NCBI GenBank assembly: GCA_013416795.1
Contig: RQSC01000523.1
Coordinates: 9,494-73,493 of the forward strand
Reading direction: 5' to 3'
Origin: Prasinococcaceae sp. CCMP 1430
Lineage: Eukaryota; Plantae; Prasinodermophyta
DNA length: 64,000 bases
How positions within the stretch are numbered: position 1 is the first letter of the stretch; each line of letters begins with the position of its first letter. The notes below the pieces were generated by a model that was not told where the DNA came from, ran no database searches, and saw nothing but the letters and a program-made list of their open reading frames with translations. A program made the position numbers and the translations under genes. Of the stretch, positions 22,901 to 33,352 are shown piece after piece.

Positions 22901-23983
22901 ACTCGGCCAGCGACGACGAGGACATCCCTGGGGCCATCACGCACGTGCCCGCGTCGACGTACACTCGCAAACCTGGTGGAGCAAGGGCGCCGCGGCGACC
23001 CTGGCCTGGCAAGGTCGCTCCCAGCGATGACGTCTTCGTGCTGTCCGGGGACGCTGCCAACGCCCCCGTCTCCAAGAAGCCCGCAAGCAAGCAGCCCAAG
23101 GAGGCTATGCTGGCTGGCCGCAAGTTTGCCGCAGCGCGATCCGACCTGGCCGCCAGGCTCTTCGAAGAGTACAACGAGCGCGTCTTCGGTGGCAGCCTCC
23201 CGGGCGACCTGAGCATCGAATGGAATGCGCATTTGAAGACCACGGCTGGGCTCACCAAGTACAAACGCGTGGGCGCGGGGCCCGCAGCGGTGTACACAGC
23301 GTCGGTGGAGCTATCTACCAAGGTCATCGACGACGAGGGCAAGCTTCGCCGAACGCTCGCGCACGAGCTCTGCCATGCCGCTGCGTGGCTCGTGGACCAC
23401 GTCGCCAAACCACCGCATGGCGACACCTTCCGCAAGTGGGCTGACGCGGTGACGGAGGTGTACCCGGGGATCGAGGTCACCACGTGCCACAGCTACGAAA
23501 TTGCGTACAAGTATCAGTACAAGTGCACGGGCTGCGCCAAGATCTATGGGCGGCACTCAAAGTCCATCGACCTCGATAAGCAAGGCTGCGGCGTGTGCCG
23601 CGCGCGCCTGGAGCTCCTTGGCACGCGCAAGGCGGACGGCTCCATCACGCCCGCGCGCGCCGCGCGCCCGCCGTCTGCGTACGCCTTGTTCACCAAGGAG
23701 AACTTCGCGAGCGTGAAGGCCTCGGCGCCCAAGGGCACGCCGCACGCACAGATCATGAAGATGCTTTCCGCCAAGGTCAGGAGAGTGCTGCGAGCGCGTG
23801 ATGCCAGTGCGCATGTGGCATGGGTGTGCTTGGCGCGGCGTCCGCGATGTATGTGCATGCCCTGACGCGGAGCGCGCGCGCACGCGCGCACCTCATGTGC
23901 GCTCGCGAGCGAAGTGGAAGGAAGCCAAGAGCGAACAGAACGCTTCAGGGGCACAACGCAGTCCGCTCTCTGCGAGGAATTGA
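19915..23983 (+). CDS. GCNA: GCNA/ACRC-like SprT metalloprotease with acidic disordered region, Zn-binding module and HMG-box-like C-terminus
   Basis: IEWNAHLKTTAG, TLAHELCHAAAW (HExxH), PPHGDTFRKWA, CHSYEIAYKYQYKCTGC..RHSKSID..CGVC, then PSAYALFTKENFASVK; intron 23776-23914 (GT..AG) gives LSAK/WKEAK; stop at 23983. Confidence 0.88.
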
Positions 23984-24341
23984 TGACGGCGGCGAGTGCC
24001 GCCGTCAGCTACCGTCCTAATACGATCCGGATCGCTGCCTAGCGACGGAGGGCGTGCATCGGCGCTGGTCGCCTTGTGTTCCGGCGGCCGCGCCGCCCGC
24101 GCCACCCTGCAGTCTTTGGGGGGAGTAAGAAGTGCTGGGCGACACTCTAGCACGCACGACGTGCATTACAGCATTCATCTAGAGCCGCTGTGGGGAATCC
24201 GCTAGTGGCATCGCTCGGGGAAGAGCGACACGGTGGATCGTCCTTTATTGCTTCAACGTTGGTGGATGCGCGAGTGCAGCATGGCAGCACCTTTGCTCGT
24301 GGCTTCCCCCATGCGACACGCGCCTTGCTACGACAAAGGTC

Positions 24342-26253
24342 TCACTTGAAAGTCGTCGCAGCCCCCGCGCCCGCCTCGGCATTCATCGCTTCCATCTTTC
24401 GCACCATCTCCTGGGTCTCCTCGTCCGGGGATGAGACCGCCTGAAAGCTTTGCAGCCACCCGCTCATCTCCTCCATGTTGTCTGCCGCCAGGTGGTAGAT
24501 GCGATCGGCTGTGACGAGCTTTATGCAGAACGAACGCTCCATCTCGGTCGCGGCCGACGCCGTGCACGACTCCAGGTTCATCGTGCCCTTGGGCGGGGCA
24601 CTGTTGGCATAGTCCTCATGGGTGCCGTAGTAGCTCAGCAAGCCGTTGTCCAGCACGAAGTAGCGCTTCTGCCACTTGGTGCGAGAGGTGGAGGCCTGCT
24701 TCTGCAGGTAGCCCTTCCGAGAGGCGAGTGCGGCCACGTCATCTGCGGTGACTTCGAAGCCCATCTCAGCGCGGAAATGGTTGAGCATGTGGGGGATGCA
24801 GCGTTCGATGATGTCGTCCCAGTGGGAACGCAGCTTGTCGCTCGAGGCAGGGAAGGCGGCGAAGTCCACCTCCGGGTTCCTCACCCAGTACTGCTGATAG
24901 GTTGCACTGTCCACGAAGTCCGACGTGGGTACGCCCGCCTCCTTGCTGATGCGGGAGTAGTAGAGCGGCAGCTCCTCCTTCATGCGCTCGATCGCCGCCG
25001 CCTTGCCCATCATTGGGGTGTTGCGGCGAAGATAGTCGAGCACCAGCATGTGTGCGCGCCCGTGGCGCAGGCGGCGCACGAAGTCGTTCACCTTGCGGTT
25101 GAGGGCGCCCTGCGGGAGCGATTTCAGGTCCTCCATGAGCTTGTCGCGCTCGGCAGACATGAAGCGCTTCATCTCCTCGTTCTTGAGCTCCTCGTTCCAG
25201 AACGAGCTCACGTAGCTGCGCTTCACCTCCGGCGTCTTGAAGACCTTGCCGAGGAACCACAGCACGCCGCCGTAGACATGCATGAGCTCGGCGGTCGTGA
25301 CGGTGTCCGACTTGTTGAGCACCAGGCGTACCTTCTCGTCGTGCGGCTGGAGCGCCAGGATGACCTCCTTGAATTCGTCAGAGATGTCGACCTTGTGGCC
25401 GTCAAACAGGAGCAGAATCTGGTCTGCTTTGTCGGCAAACCACTTGATGACCTCGAGGAAATCGTAGTTCCGCTGTTTCTGCTTCTCGCCGGCGAGGATG
25501 CCGGGGCTGTCGATGAACGAGATCTCTTTGAGGAGCGGCACGTCCGACACCTCGGAGACGGCGAACCTGTTGAGGAACGCCGCGCCGAACGAGCTCAGGT
25601 TGCAGTAGGGCGAGTTCGGATCGGCGGTCGCGGTGGTGCCGGGCACGAGGCGCGTGGTCCTGCCGTCCTTGATCGCAACAAAGCCATCCGTGGTCGGCTC
25701 AGGACCGATGTGACAGCCGGGAAAGTCGGTGCCCCCTAGCAGGTACCTAGTCGTTGGATCGGGCGGGCGGTCAGGCAAGATCCCGCAAAGTGTACTGAAG
25801 TGCTCCAAAAGTACAACAAGCCTCGGCAGCAGTAACTGAGCGCCCGCAATGGCGCGGCGCGCGCGCATGCGGACGCGCGCACGCACTGGATAAAGGTGGT
25901 CTTGCCCGTGGAATACTGCCCAATGAGCAGGACCGCCGGTTTCGCCTTGATCTCCGACTCAAAGATGGGCGCAGCCACATAGTCATTGAAGAGCGCGTGC
26001 TCCTCGAGCTTGGCCACGCGCTTCTCATAGAGCCCTGCCGCAACAACGAGTCAGATCGCGCCCACGCGGGGCGCCGGTGGGGCGCGCGCGTCGCGTAGGA
26101 GGCGCTCCTGTCGGTCAGTACAGCCGCCATATGCACCCGCGCACAGACCAACGCGGCGACAGCTCTGGCCGCGCGAGCTCGCCTGGGGCTAGCCTCACCT
26201 GCGAGTGCGCTGCGCACGTCGGTATAATCAGCCGCCGCCCACTCCTTGGGCAT
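24342..26253 (-). CDS. EHD/RME-1-type dynamin-like ATPase with C-terminal PH domain
   Basis: Exons 26253-26199, 26034-25887, 25746-24342. Motifs: LLIGQYSTGKTTFIQYLL, IGPEPTTD, ISFIDSPGILAGEKQ, LLFDGHKVDIS, VLNKSD; PH domain KGYLQKQ..KWQKRYFVL..SFCIKLVT..RIYHLAADNMEEMSGWLQSF. Confidence 0.9.
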
Positions 26254-26730
26254 GGTGCCCGACCCTCCCTCTCAATGCGCCGTGCCGCTCAAACCCGCGG
26301 CGTCGAGATGCGTGCACGGCCGCCACTCGTTAGCCGCGTGCCGGGGCCGCCGTGTGGCACCCCGCGCCGCACGCAGCGTGTCACGTCCGAATGGGGCCGC
26401 TGCCGACGTCGTCAACACCCGAGCGAGCGCCGATGGTCTCTCGCCAGCACCGTAGGATTTTTTCTGCCGAGGAGCGCAAAAAAAAAAAAGGTGTCCGCAA
26501 ATGTCTTCGCCCCACGCGCTCGACCTGCCGTGATGGCATCGTACACAAAATTCACCTCGTCACACCCAGTGACCACAAACTTTGGAGACGCGTTGCACTC
26601 GTGTGCTCACGGACCCTTAGAACGACCCAAGGGTGCAACCTCTGATCTCAGCCCACCTCAATTCGTCATTATTACAGCGGCCCCGAGCAGCAGCCCCACG
26701 CACGCGCCTGCGGTCCTGTGCGCGCAGCCG

Positions 26731-28552
26731 TTACCGCGCTGGCGCGACGGTGTGTGTCACGCGCAGAGGCACGCCGCCACCGACCTCGGCGGCGTCGACT
26801 GACGCCTTGTGGATGAGCCAGTGCCACGGAAGGTCTTGAGCGGTGGCGAGTGTGCGGACGGAAGGCAACGGGCAAGGAAGAACGCACGCGACAACGTTAG
26901 CTCAGTTGCACCGCATGCCACCTTGCATGTCCGCTGAGCGCAACAGCGCGTGTCAGCAGCACACCTTGATAGTACTGGTTTAAGCGCCAACCGGGTGCGT
27001 TGGCCCAGTAGCCCGTGCGGTTGCCGTACACGTTGCCGTCCTTGCCGTTGAAGTGGAGTATCGTCGCCTGCGCGACGCGGTGGACGAGGGGCTCGATGGT
27101 CGGTCAGCACACGCGCGAGCAACCACACATGCGATGCCTGCGACCGTTGCAGTACGAGGGGCAACAGAGCGCCTCGCGCCTCGTGGCGGCGCCTGCGCGC
27201 GCCACGCACCCGTTGCACGGTCTCAGGGAGGTGAGGGTTCTTGCCCCCGTCTGCCAGCGACACCGCCCATCCGCGCTTCGGCTGCTCGCCGAATATGCCC
27301 GGCATCTCCGATTGGGCGATGTTCATGAGCATTTGGTCGCGCAGGTGTTTCGCGTATGGGAGCCCCGTCTCGCGCAAATTGGGGTACCTGCGCATGAGCG
27401 CCTCCTGCACAACGCGCGCAAGTCAGTCAGTCACAACGTTAACCGTTGCGGGACACACGACCCAAGCGCTTGCGCGGCGCACGCGCGCGCGCGCGCATGC
27501 GCACCTGGAAGACGCTCCATAGCCCTGCACGCTCAAAGGCGCCTGTGTGCATGAGGAGCACGCCGCTGCACGTAAAGGCATCCCACTGGAAAAGCACTCT
27601 GTGGGCATTGGCCAGGTCTCGCTGGTTCCACACGTGGACAGGGTTGCTGACAAACATGGCGTCTGTGTCTAAATATATCACCCATTGCACCCTCGCTGGC
27701 AACACTGATAGCGCGTATGTCAGCATCCGGACTGACGAGAGGGCTGTGGGCGTCCACGCGTGGGCGCGGGCACGAGCGCTGCCGCGGGCGCGCGCACGCA
27801 CCCTCGTAGCTGAAATATCGATACCACTGACCGATCCCACCCTTCTGCCACACGCCCACTTGGTTGCTGTGCACTGCATCGCCCATGGGGCTGCGATAGG
27901 CGATTTTGGAGGATATGTTAGCAAGCAGGTGCGCCTCCCACGCCGGTGCCCTTGCGCTCACGTCGATGAGGTGCAGCTCGAAGCGCACGGGGAAGAGCGC
28001 GCCTTCGAGCGGGCCAGACATCAGCTCCTCGCCCTGGCGCTGGAGCGTGCGATACCGCGAGGGTGTCTCGCCCGCGCGCGCCACCTGCTCACGCGCCGCG
28101 TCGATCGCGGCGCCGTCACCCACAACGAACAGTTCGACCGCGGAACGCCGAGGGAGGTTGGCGAGCAAGCTTTTCAGGAGCGTGTCGAACTCCAGCGACA
28201 GAGCGGCGCCCTGCATGCACACGAGCACTGCGATGGGCTCCCCGTGAGAACTCGCAGCAGGTTGTTGCTGTGACTCTTGCGACGACGATTCAAACTGGGC
28301 GTTGAGCCCGCCCGACGCTGGCGAGGCTCGTGCGACCCCCTTTGCTACCTCGCTGCGCGTGCGCTCGAGGCGACTCGCGATGGCGCTCACGAGCTGCCGG
28401 GGCGACGTGGCTTTTGTCACTTGTTCGGCCCCCGGCTCCGCAACAGCCATTTCTGCACCGGCGGTGACACCAGCCACGTCGCCCGTAGCAACCCCGACAA
28501 GCGCTGCGCTCAGGAGCAGCGCCATCACCGAGCGAGCCCGCAATCGCCCCAT
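26731..28552 (-). CDS. GT8-like (GT-A fold) glycosyltransferase with N-terminal signal/anchor
   Basis: Exons 28552-27802, 27704-27505, 27404-27210, 27067-26965, 26834-26731, all GT..AG and frame-consistent; DxD motif VIYLDTD, DQMLMN, ILHFNG, YYQDLPW. Confidence 0.75.
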
Positions 28553-28948
28553 AGCTACCACTCCTCGGTGCAGGTGCCTGGCCGCGCCCGCTCGACGGTG
28601 CCTCCCGCCGCCGCCCCCGTCGCGGCGTAGTCGAGCACGAGAGAGCGGCATGCAATGTCACCCAACCCGGCCGCGTTGCGCGGCGCGCGCGACGCGGCAC
28701 GCGAGGAGCCCCACCAGCGGCGGCCTGCGCCCCCGCGTGCGCTCGAGGCGGGTGCTGAGGCGCGCGCGCGCACGGTTGGTGCTGGTGCGCTGCGCATGGT
28801 ACCGACACTGAGCACTCGCTGCGCCGCGGGTGCGCACATGAGGCCTCTTTCCCCCCCGTCGCATTTTTGGCCATTTGCAGCCAAATGGAACAGGAAAATC
28901 TGCGACGTGCAGCGTGAGCACGGAGGTGTACATAGCGATTGACTTGAT

Positions 28949-30032
28949 TTACAACAAGGGAGGAGTGGCGAGCGACACCGCGAGCGCGGCGAGCACCTCG
29001 GCCAGCAGCGCCGCCGCGAGCGCGCTCGGGCGCGCGGTGCGCCGCGCGGCCGGGGAGGACACTCCTTCCGAGTCCCGAGGCGGGGCAGTTGGCGGGCCGG
29101 GCGGAGGGAGGGCAGCCTGTGCGTCGGGGCCGTCTGAGACGGGCCCCTGAGGGCTGGCAGGGTCACGCGGAGGCGGCGTGTTCGGGGTCGCAGCGGGCTG
29201 CTGCGGCGCCGCGGGGGGCTCCTCGTATTGCACTGGTGGCGGAAGCGGCGGCGCGTTCGCTCGCGTGCCATCCGAGCAGTGGATGCGCCACGAGAGCGCG
29301 CCCATGTACGTATAAACCGTTGTCGGCGCTTGCAGGACGATCTGCAGTTGCTCGCCCGCGCACAGCGCTCGGCTGCGTGCGGGCATCCGCTCATTGTCCG
29401 CACTCTGATCCATGTAGGCGTCTCTCAGGATAAAGTCCCCTTCCGTGTCCAGTACATCAAATCCGCCCCCGCCGTCCAGCCACACCGTCACGTGAGGATC
29501 GCTGCCACTCGCGCACTCGCCGCTCGCAGCGATGTTCACAGTCACGTTCCCGAGAGAGCCAGGATAGTGGTACGTCACCGACCCCGCGTCAGCCAAGCAG
29601 CTCAGCTCCACCGTCGGGTTCTGCGGGTCGCCTTGGTTGCCAAACAGGGTGGTGGAGCAGTTGTTGGCCGAGTTGGCCTCCGCGGCGGACAGGCCGCTCC
29701 ACTGAAACGCGCTGACGTAGACGTGGCTGTTGTGCAGCCTGCGAGGGAACAGGAGACCGAAGCACTCGTGCGCGACGAGACGCTGCCCTGCGAGCGTGCA
29801 CTCGCGGGACGGCGTCGCCTCCAGCGTCCCTGTGCCCCCCGCGCCGTACGCTCGATATATGATGGTCTCCGCGTCGTTGCGGTCTGTGGTGTTGAAGCAG
29901 GTGCCATACCACTGCTGGAGGGCGGTGCTCGCGTCGTGCACGCATGGCACCGCCGCGGGAGCAAACGTCCCTCGCCCCGCCGCGCAGCCCTCCCCGGTCG
30001 CTGCTCCGGCGCAGGCGAGCGCCGCCGCGGAC
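28949..30032 (-). CDS. Uncharacterised Cys-rich secreted, probably GPI-anchored protein; native start codon not found
   Basis: Open frame with Cys/aromatic-rich domain, Pro-rich linker and hydrophobic C-terminus (SALAAALLAEVLAALAVSLATPPLL); no in-frame ATG or usable upstream exon before AAALACAGAATG. Confidence 0.6.
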
Positions 30033-30110
30033 GTGCCGCTCGATCTCGTCGCGCCACTGCCCGAGCAGCGACATGGGGCACACCACCAGCGTGCCGCCGA
30101 AGCGCACCAC
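30021..30110 (-). pseudogene. Isolated fragment of a RAD5/RAD16-type SNF2 helicase (motif Ia)
   Basis: FGGTLVVCPMSLLGQWRDEIERHVRGG; GxTL(I/V)(I/V)CPxxLLxQWxxE(I/L)xxH is the RAD5-family motif Ia; no other helicase motifs nearby. Confidence 0.8.
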
Positions 30111-30116
30111 CTGGGG

Positions 30117-30236
30117 ACTGGCAGCACCTCCGACTTCCAGCTCTACCGCGACGCAGAGACTATGGCCGCGGCGGGGCGCGCCCGCTGCGAATGGCGCGCC
30201 CTGGGTGCAGACGCAGCCTCGGTGCGCGGGGTCTAG
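30117..30236 (+). other. Orphan coding-like fragment ending in a stop
   Basis: TGSTSDFQLYRDAETMAAAGRARCEWRALGADAASVRGV*; codon bias favours the + strand; no upstream start or exon. Confidence 0.3.
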
Positions 30237-30468
30237 TCGCTGAGGAGGAGGCCATGTGACGCCGCGCGCGCGCGGTGTGGCACGCGCCGTAGTGGAGCGG
30301 GCAAGCACGACCGAGGTTTGGGTGCGTGCTGCATGCAGAACATTTCCTGCAAGAGGGTTCCCCAAAACGGCGCATACGGCAGCACAGGCTGGCGGAGCAC
30401 TGCTGCACGCTGTGGGCAGGTCGACACCACACAGCACGCTCCCCGCAGTCGCCGCGCCCTAGCCCCCC

Positions 30469-30525
30469 CCGGCCGAAGAGGTACAGCGCGTAGTAGATGC
30501 CGCACCAAAAGTTGGTGCCCGCCAT
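30469..30525 (-). other. Orphan coding-like fragment antisense to the OGG1 5' end
   Basis: MAGTNFWCGIYYALYLFGR; 18 of 19 codons end in G/C; family not recognised. Confidence 0.4.
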
Positions 30526-31795
30526 AGCCGACGGCGTGTGGGCGGGCGCCGTCGGGCGGCGCGCGCTCGCGCTGCGCCAGACGCACGGCGATGTCGAGTT
30601 TGCGCTGCTCAACGCGGGCGAGCTGCGCGCGCGCGGCCACGGCGAGGAGGCCCCGGACGCGACGCGCGAGGTCCTGCGGGACTACTTCCACCTGAACACC
30701 GCCTCGCTTGTGGAGCTCTACGCGGACTTCGAGGCCGCCGACCCGCGGTTCGCGGCGGTCGCGCCGTACTTTGGTGGGACTCGCATGCTGCGGCAAGACC
30801 CCGTCGAGTGCCTCTTCTCATTCATATGCAGCAGCAACAACCACATCAGCCGCATACACGGGATGGTGAATCGCCTGTGCGCAGCGTATGGCGAGCGCAT
30901 GGCGATCGATCCCGGCGCCGAGGTGCTACTGGCGCCGCCCGAGCCGGACGCGCCGGGCACGCCGAGCAAGGCCAAGCCGGAGGAGACGCTGGAGCTCTTC
31001 GTGTTTCCGACCGTGGAAGGGCTCACGCGTGCCACCGAGGACGAGCTGCGCGCCGCGGGTTTCGGCTACCGCGCGAAATTCATCACAGGGAGCGCGGCGA
31101 TGCTCGCGGCCAAGGATGAGGGCGGCGACAACTTCCTGTGGCAGCTGAGGGAGGTCGGGTCCGACGAAGCCGTCAACGCCCTCATCGAGCTGCCGGGCAT
31201 CGGGCCGAAGGTGGCGGCGTGCGTGGCGCTTTTCTCGCTGGACAAGCACGAGCTCATTCCGGTGGACACGCACGTGTGGCAGATCGCCGTGGAGCATTAC
31301 ACGCCCGAGCTGGCCGACAAGAGCCTCACGCCCAAGGTGCACGCCGCCATCAACGAGGCCTTCGAGACGCGCTTCGGTCCCTTCGCCGGCTGGGCGCACA
31401 ACATCCTGTTCGTGTCGCACCTGCGCGAGTACAACAAGCGCTTGCCCGAGCACCTGCAGTCACCCCCCACGCCCTCACCCAACGCCAAGGCCGCGAAGCG
31501 CAAGGAGCACGCCAAGGCGCTCAAGGCCAAGGCAGCGCGCGCGGGGGCTGCCGAAGAAGAGGCGCCGGAGCCCAAGAAGGCCAAGAAGAAGCCCGGCACG
31601 ACGACCAAGACGGCGAAGGCGCAGGGCAAAGCCAAGACTGGCGCGAAGAAGCCGCGAGCGAAGGCCGCGGAGGCCGGCGTGGGCGCAGCTGCGACGGAGG
31701 CGAAGGCGTCGGGCGCGCGCGCGGGCGGCGACGCTGGTGTCGCCCGCGCTCTGCACGCCGAGCTCAATGGCCGGCCCAGGCGCAGCCGACAGTGA
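30497..31795 (+). CDS. OGG1: 8-oxoguanine DNA glycosylase/lyase, N-terminus apparently incomplete
   Basis: GTRMLRQDPVECLFSFICSSNNHISRIHGMV, FGYRAKFI, HhH-GPD LPGIGPKVAACVALFSLDK..IPVDTHVWQIA, FGPFAGWAHNILF; Lys/Ala-rich tail. Confidence 0.93.
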   Translation: MPHQKLVPAIADGVWAGAVGRRALALRQTHGDVEFALLNAGELRARGHGEEAPDATREVLRDYFHLNTASLVELYADFEAADPRFAAVAPYFGGTRMLRQDPVECLFSFICSSNNHISRIHGMVNRLCAAYGERMAIDPGAEVLLAPPEPDAPGTPSKAKPEETLELFVFPTVEGLTRATEDELRAAGFGYRAKFITGSAAMLAAKDEGGDNFLWQLREVGSDEAVNALIELPGIGPKVAACVALFSLDKHELIPVDTHVWQIAVEHYTPELADKSLTPKVHAAINEAFETRFGPFAGWAHNILFVSHLREYNKRLPEHLQSPPTPSPNAKAAKRKEHAKALKAKAARAGAAEEEAPEPKKAKKKPGTTTKTAKAQGKAKTGAKKPRAKAAEAGVGAAATEAKASGARAGGDAGVARALHAELNGRPRRSRQ

Positions 31796-32081
31796 GGCAG
31801 TGTCGACTACAGTAATGGAAATCTCCTTCTGACTTTTCGGAACGATGCGCGCGCCCGACGGTTATCAACCATTTTCCTGACATAAAATCGCCGCTCATGC
31901 GCGCGATGCCGCGCCCCGGCCTGTGGGACCTCGACTGCTGCTGTCGCGCAGGCGTGCCACAGTGACACGCGCGCTTGGAGGCGACAGCGTCGCCCCCCGC
32001 GGTCCCACGACAACTGGCAGCGGGTGGACCGCGGCGAGGAGGGCCAGCGCGTGGTCTTTGGCACGCGGTACACCACGGGTC

Positions 32082-33109
32082 ATGTTCGGCCCCCTGACAG
32101 CGCTCGCGGTGCGGTGGGTGTACCTACGCTGCGGCCTGAGCACGTTCAAGTCGCTCGTGGGTGCTGCACCGGCGACCGAGACGTCGAACTGGGACCAGGT
32201 CACGCCCACGCCTCCGCCTGCCGCGCTCACCTCACAGGGAAGCGTCCCTTCGAGCGATCCCAAGGCGGATGACGCGGAAGAGCCTGCGATGTGGGGCACG
32301 TTCTGGCTCGCGGCGATGCTGCTTGAGGCCATTTTCACGCTGTTCTCCGTGCCGCTGTTCTTCGTCCCGTTTTCGCCCGAAATCCGCCTGGCCGCCATCG
32401 TCTGGCTCACCCCTGGACCGTGCCAGTTTGGCTGCTGCGGCGGTGCCGCCCTCATCCACGCCCGCCTTGTGGTGCCCTTCCTGAAAAAGACTGATGGCAA
32501 GATCGATTCTAGATCGGCGCTCGCCTTTCTCGCGGAGAGCTCAAAGCAGGCTGTCGCAGACGCCGCTGTTGCGGCGAGGCGCTTTGCTGCTCCCATGGTC
32601 GCCACCGCCAACGAAGTCGTCGAGGACCTCACCGAGCAGGCGAAGGAGCTCCGGGAGGGCCTCATTGAGTCTCCAGCGGCTGCTGCTGCGGAGACACCCG
32701 ACAAGAGAACGAGCTCGGAGAATGCCTCGCCAGCGCCAGTGTCGATGCTCTCAAAGGTGCGCAGACAGTCCACGATACGTGCGCGCGGCTTTGCTTGCAA
32801 TGTTTGCTCGCCCCGCGACTCTCTCTCTCCGCGCTGACGCTGACGTTGACGTGTCCCGCAAACCACTTTGGCGTCCTGGCGGCGGGCATCGTCCATGCGG
32901 CTGTACGGCAGATTGTTGCGGCAGCAACTGAGCACGAGAAGGCGCGCCAGTCATCTGCGGCACACGAGACCGCCGCCGCCAACAAGGCGGACGAGGTCGT
33001 CGCGTTCGCCGCTGGGGCCGCAGCAGGCGTCACGGCCACGATCGCCGCAGATTCTGGACACCCCGAGACCCCGCCCGAAGACCCGGCGACGCCACCGCTC
33101 GACGACTAA
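32082..33109 (+). CDS. TB2/DP1/HVA22 (REEP) family ER-shaping membrane protein
   Basis: Exons 32082-32756 and 32912-33109; STFKSL..MWGTFWLAAMLLEAIF..PEIRLAAIVWLTP..GGAALIHARLVVPFL follows the HVA22 pattern. Confidence 0.65.
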
Positions 33110-33352
33110 GTGATGCACGCAGGCCACAGTGGAGCGAGCAGAGCAATAATGACAGCTTCGTCGTGCGCATGGTGCATAGACGAAGGTCGACAAGCAAAGG
33201 GTACGAGGAGATGAGCGAGAACATTGCTTGTGCAGGCGCGAGCGACGACACAACAAAACACACATTTTTTACGGCCAGGGTGGCCCCGTGCTCAGGTGGC
33301 GGGCATATACTTTAGCGCCGGTCACATGCACATCTGCTGTCAGCAGAACGCG

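Noticed and set aside
26532-26802. Short + strand ORF MASYTKFTSSHP...
   Set aside because: Weak codon bias, no motif, and it overlaps the GT8 gene's last exon and 3' UTR.
30233-30462. CTAG motifs as Helitron 3' ends, or TIRs/TSDs around the captured fragments
   Set aside because: I found no convincing subterminal hairpin, 5' TC end, inverted repeat or target duplication by eye.
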